From the NCBI GenBank assembly GCA_037045145.1, contig JBAOIA010000012.1, positions 235,210 through 299,209 of the forward strand: a DNA stretch of 64,000 nt. The letters are read 5' to 3'. This DNA comes from Bacteroidia bacterium. Its GTDB lineage: Bacteria > Bacteroidota > Bacteroidia > AKYH767-A > OLB10. The notes beneath the pieces are model-generated. The model saw only the letters and a program-made list of their open reading frames with translations. It was not told the DNA's origin and made no database searches. Of this stretch, positions 37,801 through 46,440 are shown one piece after another. The position numbers and the translations under genes are program-made. Within the stretch, counting starts at the first letter, position 1. The number at the start of each line of letters is the position of its first letter.

Positions 37801-39540
37801 ATAAGTGGTAAAGTTTCTATAATCACCAGAAGATGTTCCACCCGGTACAGATGTAACACGGGTTACATTTGCAGGTGCAGAAACATTATCCCACACCTCG
37901 GCTTCAAACCAAAAATCTTTGCTCCAGCGGTCAGGGTGCTTATATTCATGCCATGCATCAAGCTGGTAGAATACAGGAGGATTAACAGAAGCATCGAAAA
38001 TGTAAGTGCTGCCCTGCCTGCGAACGTTAAACTGCAAGTCGTAAGTGGATGTGCTTCCGCCTGCATTATCAGCCAAATGTATTTTGGCTGCTTTTTCCAA
38101 AGGAGCATTGCCTTTTACATTGGAGTAAGGTTGAACGGTACCGGTGATGACGTATTTTTCTATAGCATTATCTTTTCTGGAAAGCACCAACACATCAGGT
38201 GAACTAGATTTAAAGGCGTACATCATATCGGGCGCAGCAGAATTACCCGGCTCTTGTAATCTGTCACCTTCAAGCAAATGTCCATCTATAATTAAATCAG
38301 CAAATCGGTCCGCTATTGCATGTGCGTAAGCAGGTGTTGCAGCTTGCCAAACATAACCTTTAGGTTCAACAACATCTGGAAGTGCAAAAACATGAAAGAA
38401 ATCAGATCCAAGAACAGAGACTGCCTTTAACAATCCAAGCCATTGCCCGGGTCTTAAATTATCTTCTTCATTATGAGCCCATCCGGGTGCAACAAATGGC
38501 GCATTTATATAATCCCCGTTATTTAATTCTTCTTTTTTGCTTCTGGTCAGCCATAAAAATCCGTGATCTGCAGAGCGAGATTCTCTAAGCCAGTCTTCTG
38601 GTCTTCTTGGATAAAAGTCAGGCGTAGCAAGCCTGACATTTACGGGCGTTGAACCGTATTGTACAACCGATTGGGTTTCTCTTAATTCATTATAGCGGTA
38701 TCTTGCTTGATCGTAATTGATTCCGTTATTAGTTACTAACTTCCAATGACCATCAACAGCATAATTTAGAAATATGGTTCCATCAGAAACAAGTTTTGAA
38801 ATATTCATAAAATTGTCCCTATAATCATTGTCAAGTTCTTTTCCCTTTGTTGCCATAAATTCTTCCCATTTTAATGGTGTATCAGCATTTCCAGATAAAA
38901 ATGTAATGTAAGCAGATGACAATGGAGTAGAAGATAATGTATTTCTTAAATTATAAATTGCTTTATGAGAAACCTCATTATTTTCAGAAATTACTTTGAC
39001 TTTTGCAGAAATTCCGTTTAAAATAGTTTGTAAATAATCATTCTGCAATAATCCATCTGTTGCATACACATCTCTTTTGTTTGAAAAAATATTTCCTGTT
39101 CCTGTTCCAAATGCCGGGCTGTAATTCCAAAAATGTGTACCACTGTTGTTTCCTTCAAAATTATAAAACATACTTGACTTATAAAGATAAAAATCCTCAT
39201 CACTAACGGTAACAGTACCAAAATTTGTAAAGCTTGTAGCGTTTTGTTCCCTGATCCAGGAGTTGGTAATTCCAGGAGGCACTTTATTAACAAGAGATGA
39301 TGGCAATGAATGTCCAAGATCACTTGTACTATAACTTAATTGAGCACGATTTGTTATAATTCCTATTTCATCAGTTGAATTAAAATTTGTTGCTGCATAA
39401 TTAATATATTGTTGATTTTCGGGATCAAGATATGTTCTCGTGTTTTCACAAATATTGAATAAATAATACCAATTTTTATACAGTTCGAGCTGTACATTTA
39501 AGGATCTTGTTCCATCATGTTCTCCAAGATAGTTACTCCC
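34867..39540 (-). pseudogene. C-terminal fragment (1,557 codons) of a giant T9SS-sorted protein split by RAYT unit 2
   Basis: The frame is open from 39540 down to the stop at 34867. The ORF track reports only 34867..39306 from an internal TTG. A TAG contributed by the inserted element (39541-43) lies immediately upstream. The fragment contains PbH1-type beta-helix repeats, a CBM-like segment and the CTD IQPNPANSLLLVTG...IDVSSLAEGIYNLRIRNETDEYFRTRFIVIK. Confidence 0.7.
39505..39540. repeat. 36-bp direct repeat, left copy (flanks RAYT unit 2)
   Basis: TCTTGTTCCATCATGTTCTCCAAGATAGTTACTCCC, identical to 40192-40227. Confidence 0.9.
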
Positions 39541-39569
39541 CTACTGGCGCAAGTCTTCAGACTTGTGCC
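39541..39569. repeat. REP-like hairpin, left arm of RAYT unit 2
   Basis: GGCGCAAGTC-TTCA-GACTTGTGCC (one G-T pair). Confidence 0.7.
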
Positions 39570-39601
39570 ATCCTGTCATTAAAAATTGCACATTTGCAAC
39601 C

Positions 39602-40153
39602 ATGAGTTCCAAGTATAAGTTTCACACTCCTGATGCCATATATTTTGTTACTTTTTCGGTTATAAACTGGATTGATGTTTTTACAAGAAACGGTTATAAA
39701 GATATTTTAATTGACAGTATAAAACATTGCCAAAAAGAAAAAGGCTTAGTGGTTCATGCTTGGGTTATTATGACCAATCATGTACACATGATTATTTCTA
39801 AAAACGGAACATGTGTGCTGCCTGATATAATGCGCGACCTTAAAAAATTTACAGCCTATAAAATTACAGGGGCAATTATGGAAAATTCTCAGGAAAGCAG
39901 GCGCGAATGGATGTTTAATCTTTTTAAACGGGCTGGTGAAAGAAATTCCAACAATACAAACTGGCAGTTTTGGCAACAGGATAATCATCCTGTTGAATTA
40001 ACTGATGCAAGAATGCAAGAACAAAAATTAAATTACATACATGAAAATCCTGTGCGGGCAGGATTTGTTTATAACCCTGAAGACTATGTGTACAGTAGCG
40101 CAACGGATTATTGCGGCAGCAAAGGGCTTATTGACTTAGTGCTGCTTGAATGA
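39602..40153 (+). CDS. REP-associated tyrosine transposase (RAYT) paralog
   Basis: MSSKYKFHTPDAIYFVT..., HUH motif NHVHMII, Tyr helix LNYIHENPVRAGFV. It is about half identical to the RAYT at 26546 by eye. The ATG at 39602 is preferred because the TTG at 39563 lies inside the hairpin. Confidence 0.8.
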   Translation: MSSKYKFHTPDAIYFVTFSVINWIDVFTRNGYKDILIDSIKHCQKEKGLVVHAWVIMTNHVHMIISKNGTCVLPDIMRDLKKFTAYKITGAIMENSQESRREWMFNLFKRAGERNSNNTNWQFWQQDNHPVELTDARMQEQKLNYIHENPVRAGFVYNPEDYVYSSATDYCGSKGLIDLVLLE

Positions 40154-40159
40154 TAGTAG

Positions 40160-40191
40160 GGCGCAAGTCTGAAGACTTGCGCCAGTGGGGG
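40160..40191. repeat. REP-like hairpin, right arm of RAYT unit 2
   Basis: GGCGCAAGTC-TGAA-GACTTGCGCC, a perfect 10-bp stem. Confidence 0.7.
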
Positions 40192-40227
40192 TCTTGTTCC
40201 ATCATGTTCTCCAAGATAGTTACTCCC
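40192..40227. repeat. 36-bp direct repeat, right copy
   Basis: Identical to 39505-39540. Confidence 0.9.
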
Positions 40228-42989
40228 TAACCAATTAAAATTTCTCCTTAATGTTCTATTAGATTTGTATCTTGGTAAAGGATATGCTTTCAGTTGTTCA
40301 ATAACATTTTTAACTTCACTGTAATTTCCTGTTCCGGGAGCGTATCCAAACGGATAATCGTTTTCATCATACTGTCCGGCATTTGTAAATGTAAGTGGAC
40401 TATAGGGCGAAGTGTTTTGGGTGAAAACATTTAAAGAAGTGGTATTTAATCCATGTTGTTCAATTGTTTTATCACACAATTCATTTTGTAAATAAATAGC
40501 CACCTGATCGAAATAACCACCCATGTTCGTATGCTCACTACTGGTTTTTAAATTTAAATCCATCCCGGTTCCATTTATAAAAAGGCCTGTTATTGATGCA
40601 TTAATAATATCTTTACTAAAACCTTCATTGAGTTTTCCATCAATCCATATTTGCTTTTGATAATGATGAGCAGCAATTTTTTTATGAACAAAACAGAAGT
40701 AATGCCATGAGTCGTTAGTATAATAACCAAAAGATTTTTCATTAATTCCATCGAAAGGAATAAAAAAACTTTCATAAGGTATTGCTGTCGATCCGGTTAT
40801 TCCTGAATAATCGGTACTAAAACTGATACCGGTTTGATCAATTGATGCGCTGTGTACGCCATTTTGTATTCTAAAAAATCCGGCAGAAGCTCTGTTTGCA
40901 AAATTTCCATCAAACCTCACATACATTTCAACTGCAAAATATTCAGATGTTTGATCAATTAACACATTGGGTACATATAAATCTGTTCCGTTATCGCTAA
41001 GTAATGAATAACCTGTATTTGGAATTCCGGAATTACTTACCAGTGTATTAGTTCCACTTGAAGACAGTGTCGTAGAAAATATGGCAGGGCTGGAACTAGC
41101 AAAGTTATTGGCATCAAAATTATAATAGTAATCAGGTGCAATTGCACCTGAAATACATGATGCAAACACAAATGCCGTGTATCCTAAAGTAAAGTTACCA
41201 AAGCTGTTTAGGTTGCTGGCATTTGTTGCCGAACCAACAGTTCTGTCTCCGGATAAGGCAACTGTTCCCAAATCACTCCATTGCGTACCGTTCCATCTTG
41301 CCAATTTAACTTTTGAGCTGTCAAAAACACTGCTGTATCTATTCCAAGATAAGGTAACTTTAACCTGTGAGCTGCCTGTATTCCGCGCTAAATTCCAATA
41401 GTTGCTTCCATTTATATAATCAATGCCTGATTGCCGTGCATTTGGGTCGTTTGGTAATGCTCCTGCAAAATACTCTCCCGTAAACGCATCGGTTGTGTTT
41501 GAAGGTGCAGAAATTCCAATTGCCCTGCAGCTGTTTCCCTTTCCTGTTGGAAACACAAATGCGCTGTTGCCGATTTTCTTAACAGGCCCGTCAATATAAC
41601 TGCTGTCGCTTGCTCCGCTCACAGTGCCACCGTTGTTTATGGTAAGCAAATTGCTGCTTGTGGTGGTGAGCGTGCCTTTTGCAAACGTTACCGTTCCGCT
41701 TACAGCCAATGCAGTTGCCAGTGTTGCACTGCCTCCACTTTTGTTCAGCATCAAGTTTTTCACAAGCGTGTTGCTGTGAAAGCTTAATAATTGTGTTCCG
41801 CTTCCTGCAAGGCACAAGGTGCCTGTGCCTGCATTAAAGGTGGTATTGTTTGCTGTGGTTATGTTTCCGTAAAACGAACTTACATCACCACCATAACACA
41901 CCCTCAGCTCGCGTGAGCCGCCAAAGGTGGCATCGGCATAGTAGGTATTGGAAGTATCGGCATCAAGCCGCAGGTTACCCGCGCTGGCATTGTTGGTAAA
42001 GGTGGCATTGCCATAAAACTTATTGCCGCCATACCAACTGCTGCTGCCGCTGCCTGTGGCGGTAAACGATGCCGTTCCGTTAAAATTACAGTTTTTAAAT
42101 AACAGCGAGTTGGATGTAATGCTGAAATCACCTCCGAATGTAGCTCCTGTTATGCTTGGCAATGCCGATCCTGTAAAGGTGAGGCTTATGGCAGTGCTGC
42201 CATCCTGATAAAAATTAGTGGCATTAAAATCACCTGCTGAAAAACCTCCGCTGCCTATGCTTATGGTATGCCCTGCTGTAAGCGTATCGTTACCCAGCAG
42301 AATTCCTCCTGCTCCGGTATTTATTAAAACCATATCGCCATTGAACACATTAATGCCCGCTCCTGCAAAGGTTATTTCTTTTGTTCCTTTGTTATGTATG
42401 GTTACCTTACCGTTAAAGCGGTGCCCTGTGCTGTTGTTCATTACCCACACTCCTGCACCTGTATAATTATGATAGAGGTAAACGCTGTCGTTAAACACCG
42501 CTCCACCGCTTCCTGTGCCGGGTACATCGGTAATGGTTTCAAAATAGCAATAATTATTAAACGTAGCGGCATTGAGATCAATACGGCTCACCACTGCATT
42601 AATCACCACATTAAACGTGGTGCTGCCAAATGTCATTTGCGTGCCTGTAAGCTCAAGCCTTCCATTGCTGATAGTGCCTCCACTAAATACGCTAGATCCG
42701 GAGTTCAATACCAATGTATCGCCATTGCAATTTAAGGTTCCGCTATGCATGGTCATTCCGCTAAGTGTTTTTTTGCCGGGCAGGGTGGGATTGAAAGTAG
42801 CACTATAAATATGCACATAATCTCCACTTCCCGGCACGCCTGCAGGCGACCAGTTGGATGTGGTGTTCCAGGCTGTGCTTGTGCCGCCTGTCCAGGTGTA
42901 GGTTGTTGCTAACGACAGCAGCCCGCTCAGTATAAGCGCTGCCGTTAAAATCAGTTGGATATATTTTTTCATGATAGATAGTTTAAGAA

Positions 42990-43403
42990 TTAATTTGAAA
43001 CAAATGAATAAACGCTGCTCCATACGCCCGATTCTTTAATGCGTACTTCTCCAAAATATGCACTCTGTTGGTCATAATCGCCAATGTCAACGGCAATAAT
43101 ATTTCCGCTGCGCGAATAGGAAAAACCCGGAGGAAGACTTGCCGGTGTATCGTAAACAAACGATTCATTTATCATGTCATATAAATTCCAGTCGGTTCCT
43201 AATTTAATTTCAATATTTGTTATGTTTACTGTGTCGGGAATTTCAATGTAGTAAGTTCCATGCATTATGCCTACTGTTGGAGTGGTTCTCATGCTCACAA
43301 AGGCATCGGATGGTTGTGCATTTGCTGCTGCCGCCATCAGCAGAAGCAGAGCAGTGAACAAGCTAACGCAAGCTGCACTGCATGTTTGTTTGAATGATTT
43401 CAT
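42990..43403 (-). CDS. small secreted hypothetical protein, first gene of the accessory block
   Basis: 137 aa with a signal peptide ending AANAQ. It ends 17 nt upstream of the giant-gene start. Confidence 0.5.
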   Translation of the reverse strand: MKSFKQTCSAACVSLFTALLLLMAAAANAQPSDAFVSMRTTPTVGIMHGTYYIEIPDTVNITNIEIKLGTDWNLYDMINESFVYDTPASLPPGFSYSRSGNIIAVDIGDYDQQSAYFGEVRIKESGVWSSVYSFVSN

Positions 43404-43429
43404 ATTTATTTGGTTTTAACAATTTTTTA

Positions 43430-43437
43430 CAAACCTA
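43430..43437 (-). promoter_or_regulatory. -7 box candidate (TAggTTTG on the minus strand) for the accessory block
   Basis: Plus-strand CAAACCTA lies 27 nt upstream of the ATG at 43403. No good -33 TTTG is present. Confidence 0.3.
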
Positions 43438-43665
43438 TAGCTGAAAAGGGGGAAAAGCGATTTATCATAGCCTCTATTTTTTTCCTATTGGAGATTATTT
43501 TTTTCCTCATAGGAAAATAACAGGAAAAAAAAGGAAACCGAATACATGTCCTATTTAAAATATAAAATCTTTTTGCTTATGGATCTTTATAATATTCTTC
43601 AAAAACTTGCTTTTTTTAAGAAAAAACATTTACTTAGTGATTCCAAACCACATTTATACAGCACA

Positions 43666-44097
43666 ATGAAAATCTATGAAAAAATAAAGGAGTTTATTAA
43701 AACAAGAAGTATTCAATTAAAAGAATTGGCTCCTGTGCTTGGTATTACCCAGGGACAGTTAAGTAAAATTATTAATGGGAAAACCCGTAATATCAAAAAC
43801 GAATACATTAAAAAGTTGGAAGCACATTTTGATACGAAATTTTCCAATCATAATGATCATGAAAGAATAGAATGGATTGAAAAACCTTCATGTGAAGAAG
43901 AAAAAGTAATTTTTTCTATTTACAAAGAACTTAAGAGCCAAAAAAGCCTTGCAGAAAAACAGATACGACTCAGCCATTCGTTCCGGAAAGCTTTAGCGCT
44001 AATTCAATATAATGCCAATAAAGAGAGGTTTATTAACACGGCTGAATTTAAAAGTTGGCTTAATGATAATAATGCTACAGATGAAAAAGATCAATAA
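43666..44097 (+). CDS. XRE-type helix-turn-helix transcriptional regulator
   Basis: MKIYEKIKEFIKTRSIQLKELAPVLGITQGQLSKIINGK is a canonical HTH_3 pattern. The start is moved from 43546 to the ATG at 43666. Confidence 0.6.
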   Translation: MKIYEKIKEFIKTRSIQLKELAPVLGITQGQLSKIINGKTRNIKNEYIKKLEAHFDTKFSNHNDHERIEWIEKPSCEEEKVIFSIYKELKSQKSLAEKQIRLSHSFRKALALIQYNANKERFINTAEFKSWLNDNNATDEKDQ

Positions 44098-44190
44098 TAA
44101 AATGCACCCTTTGGCGCTAATCTTTTTTGTATTTACCTTATGGAAAACCTTGAACTTATCGGGTGTATTGAAGTTATAAACTATTAAAAA

Positions 44191-44217
44191 AGCCATTCGC
44201 AACCGGATGGCTTTTTG
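44191..44217. terminator. putative bidirectional terminator between the HTH gene and the M13 peptidase gene
   Basis: AAAAA-AGCCAT...ATGGCT-TTTTT. Confidence 0.45.
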
Positions 44218-44317
44218 ACAATTCAATTGCAATTTTAAAAGCTAATACCTATCTTTCGTAATTCTACTTTACTTATCACAAAAGTAAGAATCAATTATAG
44301 GGTATCTAAAAACTTAA

Positions 44318-46372
44318 TCACCATATTTCCATTCTCTGTTCCGGAGCCAAATACAACTTGTTTTCTTTTGTAATCTTAAAGGCTTCGTAGAACTCCGGCA
44401 TATTTCGCACGGTGCCATTGGCGCGAAATTTACCCGGACTGTGCGGATCTGTTTTCAAACGTTTTTTTAACTCTTCGGGGCGTATGTTGTTGCGCCATAC
44501 CTGTGCAAAGTTGATGAAGAAACGTTGCTGTGGTGTAAAGCCGTCAAGCAAAGTTTTGGACTTGGCATTTTCTGTTTTTTGGAATGCTGCATAGGCAATA
44601 GTCAGTCCGCCTAAATCAGCAATGTTCTCTCCTAAAGTAAGCTGTCCGTTGATGGTGAGTGAATCAATTACTACGTAACTATTAAATTGTGCTACCAGTT
44701 TTTGAGCATTTTGATTGAAGAGTGTTTTGTCTTTATCTGTCCACCAGTTTTTCAGGTTACCATCGGCATCATACTGGCAACCCTGATCATCAAAACCGTG
44801 TGTGAGCTCATGACCAATCACTGCACCCATAGAGCCATAGTTAACAGCATCGTCAGCAAGCGGATCAAAAAATGGTGGCTGCATGATAGCTGCAGGAAAA
44901 ACAATTTCATTGAAGCCCGGATTGTAATAGGCATTGATTGTTTGTGGCGACATGCCCCACTCTGTTTTGTCAACCGGCTTTCCTAATTTTGAAAGGTTGT
45001 ACTGAAACCAAAACTCAGCTGCACGGTTCACATTATTGCAATAAGAATCTTTTTTAATAATCATCTTAGAATAATCGCGCCATTTGTCAGGATAAGCCAG
45101 CTTTCGGATAACCTTTTCTAATTTTGCCAATGCCGCAACTTTTGTCTGATCTTCGAGCCAGGTGCGTGATTTGATGCGTTGCTGATAGGCTGTAATAAGA
45201 TTATCTACCATTTTGTTGACACGATCTTTTGCCTCCGGACTAAAATACTTTTTCACATACAACTCTCCTATCAACTCACCCATAGTACCATTCATGGTTC
45301 CTAATACACGCTTCCAGCGTGGACGCATTTCTTTAGCACCACTCAATACGCCCTGATAAAATTCAAAATCTGTTTTAACAAAGTCTGAGCTTAATGTACT
45401 TGCACGGCTGTTAAGTATATCCCATTTAAGATAAAATTTTAAATCTTCCAATGGTAGTTTTTCCATTAACTCATTGAACCGTTTAAAAAATTCTGGTTGT
45501 CCAACAATGATTTCATTTTCTTTTACACCAAACGAGCCAAAGTATTTCTCCATAGAAAATGCAGACATTTCTTTATTAAAATCTTCGGTAACCATCTTAT
45601 TGTAATTACTTTCCGGATCGCGTAACGCAACTCGTGAGCGTGATATTCTTGCCAACTCTGTTTCGAGACTCATCAGATTTCCTACAGCATTTCCCTCCGG
45701 CTGAATGCTCATTAAATGAAACATGTTTTTGATATGCGATAAATATTTCGCTCTGATTTCTACTGACTCTTTATCATCTTTAAGATAATAATCTCTGTCA
45801 GGCAATCCCAGCCCACCCTGATAAAGCGTGATAATTATCTGATCACTTTTCTTATCATCTTGACCAACATAAAAATTAAAAAAACTGTTAATGCCTATAG
45901 TATGCAGATAAGCCACCAGTGCAGGTAGTTGATTTTTATCTGTTACCTTATCAACTTTTTCGAACAGCGGAACAATGGGTAAGAAACCTGATTCTTCTAT
46001 AAGTGCAGTATCCATAGCAGACAAATAGAAATCACGTATCTTCTGTGTGGAGCTACCTTCTGCAGCATCTTTATTTTTTGCTGTCTCTTCTAGTATAGTA
46101 AGTACTCTATGACGTGTAATATCATCCAGCACATTGAAAGAGCCCCATCGTGTTTCTGAGGCAGGCAGCGGGTTCTTTTTTAGCCAGTTGCCGTTTACAT
46201 ATTGGTAAAAATCATCTCCGGGATTTACACTCTTGTCGAAGTTGGACAAATCAATTGCTTTGGGCGCTTTAGCGGCTGTAAGTGATACAGTTTGCTGTGG
46301 ATCTTTTTTCTTAAATGCAAAAATTGCTGCAAGAGAAACTGCACAGCAGGCAAGAATAAATATTTGTTTCAT
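44318..46372 (-). CDS. M13-family zinc metalloendopeptidase (PepO/neprilysin-like)
   Basis: 684 aa with a signal peptide, VIGHELTHGFD (HExxH), GENIADLGG and the C-terminal ...EQRMEIW. Confidence 0.88.
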   Translation of the reverse strand: MKQIFILACCAVSLAAIFAFKKKDPQQTVSLTAAKAPKAIDLSNFDKSVNPGDDFYQYVNGNWLKKNPLPASETRWGSFNVLDDITRHRVLTILEETAKNKDAAEGSSTQKIRDFYLSAMDTALIEESGFLPIVPLFEKVDKVTDKNQLPALVAYLHTIGINSFFNFYVGQDDKKSDQIIITLYQGGLGLPDRDYYLKDDKESVEIRAKYLSHIKNMFHLMSIQPEGNAVGNLMSLETELARISRSRVALRDPESNYNKMVTEDFNKEMSAFSMEKYFGSFGVKENEIIVGQPEFFKRFNELMEKLPLEDLKFYLKWDILNSRASTLSSDFVKTDFEFYQGVLSGAKEMRPRWKRVLGTMNGTMGELIGELYVKKYFSPEAKDRVNKMVDNLITAYQQRIKSRTWLEDQTKVAALAKLEKVIRKLAYPDKWRDYSKMIIKKDSYCNNVNRAAEFWFQYNLSKLGKPVDKTEWGMSPQTINAYYNPGFNEIVFPAAIMQPPFFDPLADDAVNYGSMGAVIGHELTHGFDDQGCQYDADGNLKNWWTDKDKTLFNQNAQKLVAQFNSYVVIDSLTINGQLTLGENIADLGGLTIAYAAFQKTENAKSKTLLDGFTPQQRFFINFAQVWRNNIRPEELKKRLKTDPHSPGKFRANGTVRNMPEFYEAFKITKENKLYLAPEQRMEIW

Positions 46373-46440
46373 TAGTATAATAAATTAAGTAACGGATTTT
46401 AAAAATTTAACTTTGTTTGAAAAGGTAATTTTCTTTGGTG

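Larger units (their letters stand above)
39541..40191 (+). mobile_element. RAYT unit 2: 651-bp HUH Y1 transposase gene bracketed by inverted REP-like hairpins, inserted in the giant gene
   Basis: Ends CTACTGGCGCAAGTCTTCAGACTTGTGCC (39541-39569) and GGCGCAAGTCTGAAGACTTGCGCCAGTGGGGG (40160-40191) form an approximately 30-nt inverted repeat with 2 mismatches. Each end folds as GGCGCAAGTC-4nt-GACTTG(C/T)GCC. Confidence 0.8.
40108..42972 (-). pseudogene. N-terminal fragment (927 native codons plus a 27-aa tail read from the RAYT unit) of the giant T9SS-sorted protein
   Basis: The start is taken at MKKYIQLILTAALILSG (42972). Features include the signal peptide, TYTWTGGTSTAWNTTSNW adhesin-type repeats and a LamG/concanavalin-like region. 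After ...GSNYLGEHDGTR (the right DR copy) the frame runs into the REP hairpin (PPLAQVFRLAP...) and stops at 40108. Confidence 0.7.

Noticed and set aside
34867-39306. Many plus-strand ORFs of 60-160 aa inside the giant gene (e.g. 35086..35481, 37085..37567, 37756..38202) and inside the paralogs (29317..29613, 32116..32505, 28592..28945).
   Set aside because: All are antisense to long ORFs with clear protein-family features. They have no start context and a composition typical of shadow frames, so they are treated as spurious.
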